Below are positions 15,604-24,141 of a stretch of 30,339 bases of DNA, one piece after another. Within the stretch, counting starts at the first letter, position 1; the number at the start of each line of letters is the position of its first letter. Below the pieces are notes generated by a model. That model saw nothing but the letters and a program-made list of their open reading frames with translations, did no database searches and was not told the origin of the DNA. The DNA comes from Hymenobacteraceae bacterium (GTDB lineage Bacteria > Bacteroidota > Bacteroidia > Cytophagales > Hymenobacteraceae): positions 1-30,339 of the forward strand of contig JANPJM010000087.1 in NCBI GenBank assembly GCA_031425525.1, written 5' to 3'. The position numbers and the translations under genes were made by a program.

Positions 15604-16953
15604 ATGAGCGCCACGAACTACCACCTGAATCTTTTCCGGCACTATGCCGCCAACACCACCGACGAGGTGCTGGAAAACAACCTGACCCGCGCGCTGGCCC
15701 TGTGCCTGATGCACGATCCGGTTTTCCTGTACGCGTTCTTGGAAGAGATTCTGACCCGCGACGCTTTACATCAGGAGCTTCACTTGCTGAATGATGATGC
15801 GAGCCGAATTGTGATTGACGTCCAGCGGCCGGTCAACCAACTGGCGGCTTGTGAGACGTTGTACGCGGTAGCGCTCACCGCTGGCCCACTCGACGCGACC
15901 GATTATGAGGCTGCGTCAGCCCACACCACAGACGCGCCGATCACCGACCTGACCATTCGGCTCAACGATGTGTTGATTTTGGTGGAAGTGAAACGAACCG
16001 GCGAAGACTGTCTCGGCCAGCTCAAACAACAAGTTGGCGTTTACCGGCGTGAAGTGGCCGCCAAAGAAGGCACGACTGATGTTGCCCCTACCGTGCGAAC
16101 CTTGAGTTGGGCGCGTACCACGCGCCTGGCGACCGATCTACACCACTTTCGTCAATTAGCGGGCGCACCTCAACCGTTTACCGCCGATCTGGTGGAGTTG
16201 ATCCGCTCCAATTACCCTACTTGGGACGAAGCGCTTTACCTCAGAGCGATTCAGTTTCGGACTCCCGAGGGCAAAATCAAGTGGGAAGACATCAACCGCC
16301 GCCTGCACGACATTCAGTATCGCACCTTCGGCGACCGAATGAAGTGGTTTCACGACCGGGTATCGATGCCCATTGATCAGCCGTGGGCCAGCGAAGTCAT
16401 TAGCCAGCCCGATTGGGACGAGGCCGAACAACGCGCCTACATCGCGTTACAGGTATGGCCCGGCAACACGAAAGGTCAAGGATGGCCGATTTACAGCCGT
16501 TCGCTCGATTGGACCACGCGCGATTCGCTGGAAATCGACGGGAAGCGTTACCCACTCGTCGTTATTCAGCAGTTCAAGTTTTCGCACTTCAACAAGTTCA
16601 TCGGCGAGTACGATATGGACGAGTTGCCGGTGCAGTACGTGCCCAATTTTCGTAGCTGGGCGGCTTACGAGAAGTATTCGGGCCAGAAGTGGCGCGATAG
16701 CTGGCCTCAACTCGAAGCGATGCTCGACGCCGATACCGGCGGCCACTGGCGGCAAGTCTATCAGATGTGGCAGGACAAGTTCATCAACTCCAACCGCAAT
16801 TACTGCAATCTGTCGCTGGGCTTCTATGTGAAGGTGCGACTTCCTTACGAAGAGTTGCGCGCCCTTGACTCCGGGCCGGAGCAGTGGGTTGCGGTGGGCA
16901 GTAAGTTTAAAGCCGCCATTCAGGCATTGGTCGATCTAGTAGAAGGACGGTGA
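15604..16953 (+). CDS. hypothetical protein (449 aa) with an N-terminal PD-(D/E)xK (RecB/Cas4-like) nuclease signature; lower GC than flanks
   Basis: ...APITDLTIRLNDVLILVEVKRTGEDCLGQLKQQVGVY: D ... E-V-K followed by a Q...Y motif, as in restriction-endonuclease-like folds. GC is about 55% versus 65-70% for neighbours. A 310-bp spacer separates it from the giant gene. Confidence 0.55.
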   Translation: MSATNYHLNLFRHYAANTTDEVLENNLTRALALCLMHDPVFLYAFLEEILTRDALHQELHLLNDDASRIVIDVQRPVNQLAACETLYAVALTAGPLDATDYEAASAHTTDAPITDLTIRLNDVLILVEVKRTGEDCLGQLKQQVGVYRREVAAKEGTTDVAPTVRTLSWARTTRLATDLHHFRQLAGAPQPFTADLVELIRSNYPTWDEALYLRAIQFRTPEGKIKWEDINRRLHDIQYRTFGDRMKWFHDRVSMPIDQPWASEVISQPDWDEAEQRAYIALQVWPGNTKGQGWPIYSRSLDWTTRDSLEIDGKRYPLVVIQQFKFSHFNKFIGEYDMDELPVQYVPNFRSWAAYEKYSGQKWRDSWPQLEAMLDADTGGHWRQVYQMWQDKFINSNRNYCNLSLGFYVKVRLPYEELRALDSGPEQWVAVGSKFKAAIQALVDLVEGR

Positions 16954-17070
16954 GTTACGCCTAAGTTGGGTTGAAAATCCAGACAGCGTAAAGCACCTTT
17001 CCCGCCCACACTAGCCTTATAACACCCCGGAACCCGAAAATAGCCAACGCTGTCCCCGACAAATAGCCCT

Positions 17071-17478
17071 GTGGAAACCATCTTCGAACTGCTGATACCG
17101 CGCCGGCCCAAGTCGCTGCAAGCCAAGAACGCCAAGTTGCAGCAGTGGAAAAGCTACGTGCGCGACTTGGCCCGTACCGAATGGAACGGCCCACCGCACG
17201 TAGCGCCGGCTTTCCGGGTAACGCTGGTGTATTTATGCGATGTGGACGCGGCCGACATCGACAACATCATCAAGCCGATTCAGGATGCGCTGGTGGGCGT
17301 GGTGATGCCCGACGATAATTTGGTAAGCGATGTTGACAGTCACGGCCGGCTACTGGATCAGGCGTTCGACCTGACCGATTTGCCTGCCTTGCTCGTTCAA
17401 GGCGCCCAGGCGCAACGGGAATGCGTTTACGTGCGCGTCTTGGCGGGTGCGGTTTTACCTCTCACGCACTTTCTTTAA
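17071..17478 (+). CDS. rusA: RusA-family crossover junction endodeoxyribonuclease (Holliday junction resolvase)
   Basis: 135 aa from a GTG start: ...LIPRRPKSLQAKNAKLQQWKSYVRDLA...CDVDAADIDNIIKPIQDALVGVVMPDDNLV. This matches the RusA LPWPPSNN...DLDNLxKxxxDAL...DDxQV motif arrangement. Confidence 0.7.
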   Translation: METIFELLIPRRPKSLQAKNAKLQQWKSYVRDLARTEWNGPPHVAPAFRVTLVYLCDVDAADIDNIIKPIQDALVGVVMPDDNLVSDVDSHGRLLDQAFDLTDLPALLVQGAQAQRECVYVRVLAGAVLPLTHFL

Positions 17479-17485
17479 TACTACA

Positions 17486-18142
17486 ATGTCCTCAAAAGAA
17501 CAACACGATACGAAGCTGTTAGACCTAGCGCGGCAGTACGAAGCCCGTGGCTATACGGTGCAGGTGGAGCCAGCCCGCGAAGCGGTGCCCTTCGACCTCG
17601 GTGGCTACCGGCCCGATCTGCTGGCCGAGAAGGGAAGTGAACACCTCTTGGTTGAATTGAAAACGGGTGGGCCACTCCCGATCAACTACCTGCAACAAGT
17701 GGTGGAGACGGTGCGCCAGCACTCGGGGTGGCGCTTCATTTTGGTGAATGATGCCAACCCCTCGCTGGGCCTTGACACGCGGTTGCTGCCCGCCGCCGTG
17801 GTGGAGGAGAAGGCCAACCGCGCGGGCGTCCTGTTGGAGAACGGCGATGTGGAAGCGGCTTTTCTGCTGCTCTGGACCGTGTTAGAGGCACTACTTCGCC
17901 AACACGCCGAAGCGATTGGCCTACCCTTGCAACAGCAGCAACCGCGAACGCTCATCAACTACCTGTATTCCGAAGGCGATTTGGGAATGCCCCAATACGA
18001 CGTACTGATGGCCGCCCTGCCGGCACGCAACCAGCTTGCCCACGGGTACGAAGTGCCGAACTTGCCGCCACTGGCGCGCGACCTACACCGCACCCTGCGC
18101 GAGTTGCTGGACGAATGGGTCTCTACGCCCACCGTTGGGTAG
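17486..18142 (+). CDS. hypothetical protein (218 aa) with an N-terminal PD-ExK nuclease motif and a C-terminal HEPN-like R-x4-H motif
   Basis: GYRPDLLAEKGSEHLLVELKTGG (PD ... E-L-K) near the N-terminus. The C-terminal helical region contains ALPARNQLAHGYE (R-N-Q-L-A-H, i.e. Rx4H). The ATG at 17486 is preferred over the 17447 start, which overlaps the rusA end. Confidence 0.5.
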   Translation: MSSKEQHDTKLLDLARQYEARGYTVQVEPAREAVPFDLGGYRPDLLAEKGSEHLLVELKTGGPLPINYLQQVVETVRQHSGWRFILVNDANPSLGLDTRLLPAAVVEEKANRAGVLLENGDVEAAFLLLWTVLEALLRQHAEAIGLPLQQQQPRTLINYLYSEGDLGMPQYDVLMAALPARNQLAHGYEVPNLPPLARDLHRTLRELLDEWVSTPTVG

Positions 18143-18693
18143 CTTGCGCCCCTTACGACGCTCCCCGAAAATGACCAACCAGCCGTGCGCACCGTAGCCG
18201 CCCGCTACCACCTGAGTCGCGACGAGCAGGAACGAATGGCGCCCGCGTTCGATGCAGCAGTCGGCCGGGGCCACTAAACGGCGAGCAGACGGCGATCAGA
18301 CGGCACAACCCGTTTCTGCAAGCGCAGGAATTGCCACTTACTTGAACCACCCCAACCAAAAACCGCCCGGCCCCCTCCCCTCTTTCCAGAGGCTCAGGCG
18401 CCGGGCGGCTACGTTACAAACAATCAGCGGCCGTACCGGGGCGCGCCAAACATGTGGTTAGGCCGGGGCCACTACCGGCCGCGCGGGCTGCCCGCCCCGG
18501 CGGTCGTCCTGGCGGTTGGCCTGGCGGAAGCCTTTGACGAAGGCGGGGTTATCGTTGGTGAGGAGGCCGACGGCGGGCGCGGTGGTCGTTTTTGCTATAG
18601 TCGCGGGCGGCGCGCAGGGCGGCCGGTACCGATTCGCCAAGGTTTTTGGTGTCGGTGTGGGCGGTGCGGGGGGCGCCGGCCCATCTACCACCC

Positions 18694-20145
18694 TCAAAAC
18701 TCCAGCGTCACCACCGTGCCGCGCCCCGGCGCCGACTGCACCTGAATCGAGCCGCGATGGAGCAGCATGATCTGCTTGCTGAGGGAAAGGCCGATACCGC
18801 TGCCGGTTTGCTTGGTGGTGAAGAAGGGTACGAAGATGCTGTCGAGAACGTCGGGGGGCATCCCGACGCCGTTGTCGCGGAGCTGTACCGCAACCCGACG
18901 GGTGGGCGGCGGGGTAGCGTCGAGGAGGGTGGCCGAGAGCGTGATGCGCGGGTCGGGTACGCCGGTTACGGCGTCGAGGGCGTTGAGGAGCAGGTTGAGC
19001 AGCACCTGTTCGAGGAGGCTGGGATCGGCGGCGACGGTAAGCGTCGGGTCGAGCAGGTGCAGGGTGAGCGTGGTGCCTTTCTCGCGCAGGGTGGGCTGCA
19101 TCAGGCGGTGCAACGCGGCGAATACCTCGCCGAGCGGTACGGGGCGTAATTCGGGCACCGCCACTTTGCTCAGGTTGCGGTACGTGGTGGCGAACCGCAG
19201 CAGTCCGGCGCTACGCCGCTTGATGGTGTCGATGCCGAGGCGGAGGTCGTCGAGCAGCTCGGTGGCGACTTGCGTGGAGGTTTCCGTGGAGGCTTCGGCG
19301 GGAGCGTCAGTAGCGCCATCGGTAGTCCCATCGGTGGCGGCGGCCAGGCTCGCTTGCAGGGTATCGGCCAGCGACGCGATGGGCGCCACCGAGTTCATCA
19401 GCTCGTGGGTCATCACGCGCAGGAGGCGCTGCCAGGCGTGAGCCTCGTTTTCGTCGAGCGCGGCGCTGATGTTTTGGCAAGCGATGAGCTTGTACCGGGC
19501 GCCGTCGGCCTGAAAAACGGACGCCGAGAAGAGCAGCTTCAGGGGCGCCGTATCGGGCTGCACGGTCAGCACCACGCGCTCGCCGGGGGGCCGCGCGCGC
19601 AGGCTTTCGGCCAGTTCCGGGTACCGAAAAGCCAGCCCCTTGAGCGATTTGAGCGTCGGCAGCCGGAGCTGCTGCTTGAGCGTATCGTTGGCCCACAGGA
19701 CGACGCCGGTGGCCAAATCGTAAGAGAAAATGCCCGTATCGACCAGCTCCAGCACGTTTTGCAGGTAGTGGTGCTGCGTTTCGCGCTCGCGGCTGATGGT
19801 CTTGAACGTGCCGATGATGCGGTTGAAATCGTCGCGCACGGCGCGCACGTCGGGCGGGGTGTGTTCGGGGGTGAAGTAGCGCGAGAAATCGCGGTAGCGC
19901 ACGGCATCGGCAAACTGCCCGACTTCGCGCCGCAGCCGCGTCTGGTGCCGGTAGAGGGCGTACACCACGGCGCCCGCGCCCCCGGCCGCCCCCACGGCCG
20001 CGCCGTAGCGCCCGGTCGCCACGCACCCGGCCAGCACCAGCAGCGCGGCCACCAGCCCAGCCAGCTTGACGCCGATGCCGCCCCAGGCGTGCGCCCAGCC
20101 GTTGCGCCAGCGGCGGGTAAAGTGGCCGAAGCGGCTAGAGGTCAT
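18694..20145 (-). CDS. sensor histidine kinase (two closely spaced N-terminal TM helices, PAS-like region, HisKA, HATPase_c)
   Basis: H-box MTHELMNSVAPI. The C-terminal ATPase region has the NLLLNALDAV N-box and G-boxes DNGVGMP and GSGIGLSLSKQI. The start ATG at 20143-20145 overlaps the RR stop (20135-20137) by 11 nt. Confidence 0.85.
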   Translation of the reverse strand: MTSSRFGHFTRRWRNGWAHAWGGIGVKLAGLVAALLVLAGCVATGRYGAAVGAAGGAGAVVYALYRHQTRLRREVGQFADAVRYRDFSRYFTPEHTPPDVRAVRDDFNRIIGTFKTISRERETQHHYLQNVLELVDTGIFSYDLATGVVLWANDTLKQQLRLPTLKSLKGLAFRYPELAESLRARPPGERVVLTVQPDTAPLKLLFSASVFQADGARYKLIACQNISAALDENEAHAWQRLLRVMTHELMNSVAPIASLADTLQASLAAATDGTTDGATDAPAEASTETSTQVATELLDDLRLGIDTIKRRSAGLLRFATTYRNLSKVAVPELRPVPLGEVFAALHRLMQPTLREKGTTLTLHLLDPTLTVAADPSLLEQVLLNLLLNALDAVTGVPDPRITLSATLLDATPPPTRRVAVQLRDNGVGMPPDVLDSIFVPFFTTKQTGSGIGLSLSKQIMLLHRGSIQVQSAPGRGTVVTLEF

Positions 20146-21508
20146 ACTTGTGGAGGCGCCGGTAGAGGGCGGTGCGGGTCAGGCCGAGGGCTTTGGCCGC
20201 GCGACTGACGTTGCCGCCGTGCAGCTCGATGACGCGCAGAATCGTGCTGCGCTCGACGGCGCTGAGGTTGAGGTCGGCGGGCAGGGCGTCGGGGGCGCCG
20301 TCCGGGGCTTCGAGCGGCGAGAACAGCAGGTCGGCGGCGTCGAGAAGCGCCGTTTCCGCCATAATCACGGCGCGCTCGATGGTGTATTGCAACTCCCTGA
20401 CGTTGCCGGGGAACGCGTATTGCTGCAATTTGAGCAGCGCCGCCGGGCTGAAAACCACCGGTGGCTTGCCGTACTTGCCGGCGTACACGGCCGCGTAATG
20501 CTGCGCCAGCAGCGGAATATCGGTCGGGCGGCGGCGCAGCGGCGGCACGGTCAGCTCGACGGTATTGATGCGGTAGATGAGGTCTTTGCGGAATCGGTTT
20601 TCGTTGGCCAGCTCGGTGAGCGGTACGTTGGTGGCGCACAGCAACCGAATGTCGAGCGGCACCGATTCGTTGGCGCCCAGGCGGGTAACGCGGCGGTTTT
20701 GCAGCACCGACAGCAGCTTGGCCTGCTGCTGCAACGAGATATTGCCGATTTCGTCGAGGAAGAGCGTACCGCCGTTGGCGGCCTCGAAGCGGCCGGCGCG
20801 GTCTTCGCGCGCATCGGTGAACGCGCCCTTGCGGTGCCCAAACAGCTCGCTCTCGAACAGCGACTCGGTGAGCGCCCCCACATCGACCTTCACGAACGGC
20901 CGCGCCGCGCGCGCCGATTGCTGATGAATGGCCTGCGCGATGAGGTCTTTGCCGGTCCCGTTCTCGCCCAGAATCAAAATATTGGCTTCGGTGGGGGCCA
21001 CTTTTCGGATTTTCTGAAAAATGGCCTCCATTTCGGGCGAGCTACCGATGATGGCGGCGCCGCCCACGTCGGCTACGGGCGCGGCGACGAGTTTGCGCGC
21101 TTTTGCCTTGCCGTCGGGCGCGCCTGCCCGCAGCGCCTCTTCGATGGTGGCGAGCAGGCGGTCGTTCTGCCAGGGCTTGACCACGAAATCGCGGGCGCCT
21201 TCCTTCAAGGAGCGTACGGCGAGGTCGATGTCGCCGTAGGCCGTAATCATCACGACGGCCATTTGCGGCGCGATTTCCCGAATTTTCCGGAGCCAGAACA
21301 ACCCCTCGTTGCCCGTGTGGACTGGCGAGCGGTAGTTCATATCGAGCAGCGCCAGATCGAAGGGGGTGGCGGCGAGCAGCGCCGGAATATTCTCCGGGCG
21401 CCGCTCCGTGACGATCTGCAAGACGTGCGGCTTGAGCAGCAGCCGGAGCGCCGTCAGGATGTCGGGGTCGTCGTCGAGAGCCAGAATGGAATAGGTGCGC
21501 AGGTTCAT
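20135..21508 (-). CDS. sigma-54-dependent Fis-family response regulator (NtrC-like: REC + AAA+ sigma-54 activation domain + HTH_8)
   Basis: Starts MNLRTYSILALDDDPDIL (REC, with D in LALLDMNY). Central domain has Walker A GENGTGKDL, the GAFTDA motif (sigma-54 contact GAFTGA variant), ESELFGH, and GGTLFLDEIG. C-terminal HTH is SRAAKALGLTRTALYRRL. Confidence 0.85.
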   Translation of the reverse strand: MNLRTYSILALDDDPDILTALRLLLKPHVLQIVTERRPENIPALLAATPFDLALLDMNYRSPVHTGNEGLFWLRKIREIAPQMAVVMITAYGDIDLAVRSLKEGARDFVVKPWQNDRLLATIEEALRAGAPDGKAKARKLVAAPVADVGGAAIIGSSPEMEAIFQKIRKVAPTEANILILGENGTGKDLIAQAIHQQSARAARPFVKVDVGALTESLFESELFGHRKGAFTDAREDRAGRFEAANGGTLFLDEIGNISLQQQAKLLSVLQNRRVTRLGANESVPLDIRLLCATNVPLTELANENRFRKDLIYRINTVELTVPPLRRRPTDIPLLAQHYAAVYAGKYGKPPVVFSPAALLKLQQYAFPGNVRELQYTIERAVIMAETALLDAADLLFSPLEAPDGAPDALPADLNLSAVERSTILRVIELHGGNVSRAAKALGLTRTALYRRLHKYDL

Positions 21509-21612
21509 ACCGAAGGTTGGGGCCGCAAAGTAGCGCCGTTCGTGCCGCCAGCCGCGTGCCACGCCCATAAACCAGTGATTATAAAATAGTTGAATTTCGA
21601 GGCCCGAAACGA

Positions 21613-21651
21613 GTGTATCGAAAGCGTACAGGCGGTGTATCGGGAGCGTAC
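21613..21651 (+). promoter_or_regulatory. two 17-bp direct repeats GTGTATCG-NN-AGCGTAC, 22 bp centre to centre; candidate enhancer (UAS) for the NtrC-like regulator
   Basis: gtgtatcgaaagcgtac (21613-21629) and gtgtatcgggagcgtac (21635-21651), about 60-95 bp upstream of the TGGCAC element. Confidence 0.45.
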
Positions 21652-21705
21652 GGTCGGGCGGTCGCGCTTTTTCGCAATTTCCTGATTATCAGCGCATAAA
21701 AATAC

Positions 21706-21719
21706 TGGCACATTTCTGC
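21706..21719 (+). promoter_or_regulatory. TGGCAC-ATTTC-TGC, a sigma-54 -24/-12-like element 31 bp upstream of the HlyD-adaptor start; GG-to-GC spacing is 9 rather than the canonical 10, and the sequence is also an inverted repeat TGGCA-N6-TGCCA
   Basis: ctggcacatttctgcc read directly. A divergent sigma-54 activator gene is adjacent. The spacing deviation lowers confidence. Confidence 0.35.
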
Positions 21720-21749
21720 CATCGGCGTTCGGTCATCAACCCAACCATC

Positions 21750-23003
21750 GTGGACCGCCCCGTACCTCCTGCAACCTGGACGCCCCGCCGTCTGCTTTTC
21801 CTGGCCGGTAGCCTCGGCCTGCTCCTGCTCATCGGCGGGGCATATTACCGGGCCACCGCCGGCGAGAGCCGCTTGCGGGTGCCCGCCGAGCGCGTCAGCA
21901 TCGCAGAGGTGCAGCGCGGGGCGTTTCAGGAGTTCATTCCGGTCAATGGCGTCGTGCAGCCCGTGAACACGATTTACCTCGATGCGCTGGAAGGCGGCCG
22001 GATCGAGGAAAAACTCGTCGAAGACGGCGCGCTGCTGCGCCAGGGCCAGCCGATTTTGCGCCTCTCCAACACCGACCTCGAGCTGAGCCTCGTGAACCAG
22101 GAAACGTCGGTGTTCAACCTGCTCACGCAGATGCAGATTTCGCGCAATGCCGCGCGCCAAAACACCATCACCAAGCGCAACCAGCTCGAAGACGCCGATA
22201 ACGCCTTCCGCGAGGCCGAGCGGCTGTATCTGCTCAACAAAACCCTCGTGGCGAAGCAGGCCATCGGCTCGCAGGAGTTTCGGCAGAGTGAGATTGCGTA
22301 TCAGTACCAGGCCAGGCGCCGGCGCCTGACCCAGGAAGTATTACGCCAGGATTCGGCCTCGACCCGCCAGGAGCTGGCGCAGGCGCAGGCGTCGTACCAG
22401 CGCACCCAAAACGCCCTGCGGCTGATGCACCGCAAGGTGGATGATCTGATCGTGCGGGCGCCGGTGGCGGGGCAGCTTACGGCGCTCGACGCGGAGGTCG
22501 GCCAGAACAAGAACCAAGGCGAGCGGCTGGGCCAGCTCGATGTGCTGAGCGGGTTTAAGGTGCGGGTCGGGATCGACGAAAACTATATTGCCCGGGTTGT
22601 CGCGGGGCAGCGCGGCGAGTGTACGCTCGGCGGGCAAACGTTTCCGCTGGAAGTCAAGAAGGTGTTCACGCAGGTGGTCGGCGGGCGTTTTCAGGTCGAT
22701 ATGGCCTTTGCGGGCGCCGTGCCGGCGGGCATCCGGCGCGGGCAGACGCTGCAAATCCGCCTAGCCCTGAGCGACGCCGCGCCCGGTCTGCTGCTCGCCA
22801 GAGGCGGCTTTTACCAGCAGACGGGCGGCAACTGGGTGTTCAAGCTCGCGCCGGACGGCAAAACGGCTTATAAAACCGACGTTCGTCTCGGTCGCCAAAA
22901 CCCCGATTATTACGAGATACTGCACGGCCTCCAACCCGGCGACCGCGTGATTACCAGCTCCTACGAAAACTACACCCGCGTGCAGGAGCTGATGCTGGAA
23001 TAG
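21750..23003 (+). CDS. HlyD-family periplasmic adaptor (membrane fusion protein) of an efflux system
   Basis: 417 aa from a GTG start. N-terminal TM LLFLAGSLGLLLLIGGAYY, then the typical MFP layout (beta-barrel/lipoyl segments flanking a coiled-coil hairpin: ...NTDLELSLVNQETSVFNLLTQMQISRNAARQN...). Confidence 0.8.
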   Translation: MDRPVPPATWTPRRLLFLAGSLGLLLLIGGAYYRATAGESRLRVPAERVSIAEVQRGAFQEFIPVNGVVQPVNTIYLDALEGGRIEEKLVEDGALLRQGQPILRLSNTDLELSLVNQETSVFNLLTQMQISRNAARQNTITKRNQLEDADNAFREAERLYLLNKTLVAKQAIGSQEFRQSEIAYQYQARRRRLTQEVLRQDSASTRQELAQAQASYQRTQNALRLMHRKVDDLIVRAPVAGQLTALDAEVGQNKNQGERLGQLDVLSGFKVRVGIDENYIARVVAGQRGECTLGGQTFPLEVKKVFTQVVGGRFQVDMAFAGAVPAGIRRGQTLQIRLALSDAAPGLLLARGGFYQQTGGNWVFKLAPDGKTAYKTDVRLGRQNPDYYEILHGLQPGDRVITSSYENYTRVQELMLE

Positions 23004-23047
23004 GGCGCTTCTGGCCGCTGGTTTTCAGCTGCGAATAAGTGAAAGAC

Positions 23048-23312
23048 GCGGTTCGCGCGGGGCTCTGCCCCGTGTGGAGTATTTCCGGGGCGCCTGCCCC
23101 GGCCCGCCGCGCGATTAAGTACTGCGCCAAAAGTAAATTGATAACGTGAGCCTCGTAACCTCCTGACAGACAATGCCAGGGCTTGCAGCTAGAAGCTAGA
23201 AGCTTGTGGCTAGCTACTTAATCGGTCCGTCTAGGCGGGCTACGGTAGCGGGCTACTGGCGGGCCAGAGGCCCGCGAGTACCACACACGGAGCAGAGCCC
23301 CGCGCGAAACGC
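23048..23312. repeat. 265-bp element bounded by imperfect roughly 30-bp inverted repeats (23048-23077 vs 23281-23312, 29/32 matched), with internal AGCTAGA tandem/palindromic core; MITE-like insertion or large structured attenuator inside the adaptor-ABC spacer
   Basis: gcggttcgcgcggggctctgccccgtgtgg vs revcomp of ccacacacggagcagagccccgcgcgaaacgc. Internal sequence cagctagaagctagaagcttgtggctagct. Confidence 0.5.
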
Positions 23313-23367
23313 GCATCGAACAAAAAAAGATAAACGACCGACAATCAACCGACAACTATCACCCACC

Positions 23368-24045
23368 ATGATCCAAATCCAAGACCTCGAAAAAATCTAC
23401 CGCACGGCGGAGGTAGAAACTGTTGCGCTCAACAAGTTGAGCCTTACCGTGCGCGAAGGCGAGTTTGTGGCGCTGATGGGACCGTCGGGCTGCGGCAAAT
23501 CGACGCTGCTCAACATCCTCGGGATGCTCGACGACCCCGAAACCGGCAGCTTTCAGTTCAACGGCATCGAAGTAGCCCACCTGCCCGAGCGCAAGCGCGC
23601 CGGTCTGCGCAAGCAATACCTGGGCTTCGTGTTCCAGAGCTTCAACCTGATCGATGAGCTGACGGTGTACGAAAACGTGGAGCTGCCGCTGATCTACCTC
23701 GGTGTTCCGGCCGCCGCGCGGCGGCCACGCGTCGAGGCCGTCCTCGAAAAGGTGCAGATTATGCACCGCCGCAACCACTTCCCGCAGCAGCTTTCGGGCG
23801 GGCAGCAGCAGCGCGTAGCCATTGCCCGCGCCGTAGTGAACGAGCCGAAGCTGATCCTGGCCGACGAACCCACCGGCAACCTCGATTCGGCCACCGGCAA
23901 GGAGGTCATGGAACTGCTCACCGACCTCAACGAGCAGGGCACCACCATCGTGATGGTCACGCACTCGGAACACGACGCCCGCTTCAGCCACCGCATCGTG
24001 CGCATGCTCGACGGCCAGACCGTAACGGAGAATATTCTGACGTGA
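23368..24045 (+). CDS. ABC transporter ATP-binding protein (MacB/LolD-type)
   Basis: Walker A GPSGCGKST, Q-loop, signature LSGGQQQRVAIARA, Walker B LILADEPTGNLD, H-loop VTHSE. Confidence 0.9.
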   Translation: MIQIQDLEKIYRTAEVETVALNKLSLTVREGEFVALMGPSGCGKSTLLNILGMLDDPETGSFQFNGIEVAHLPERKRAGLRKQYLGFVFQSFNLIDELTVYENVELPLIYLGVPAAARRPRVEAVLEKVQIMHRRNHFPQQLSGGQQQRVAIARAVVNEPKLILADEPTGNLDSATGKEVMELLTDLNEQGTTIVMVTHSEHDARFSHRIVRMLDGQTVTENILT

Positions 24046-24141
24046 GTGACCTCTTTGACTGAGTGAATGAGCGACTGAGTGCGAGGTCGTCATCCCATCG
24101 AAAATCACTCAATTCACCATCCCTCAATTCCTCCCTCTTCC

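Noticed and set aside
18458-18697. 79-aa minus-strand ORF overlapping the kinase stop
   Set aside because: TTG start with a Pro/Ala-rich low-complexity product, in a 70% GC spacer.
19270-21589. Plus-strand ORFs 19270-20208 and 20066-21589 antisense to the kinase and regulator genes
   Set aside because: The minus strand encodes unmistakable HisKA/HATPase and REC/sigma-54-AAA/HTH motifs. The antisense products are Arg/Gly/Ala-rich noise.
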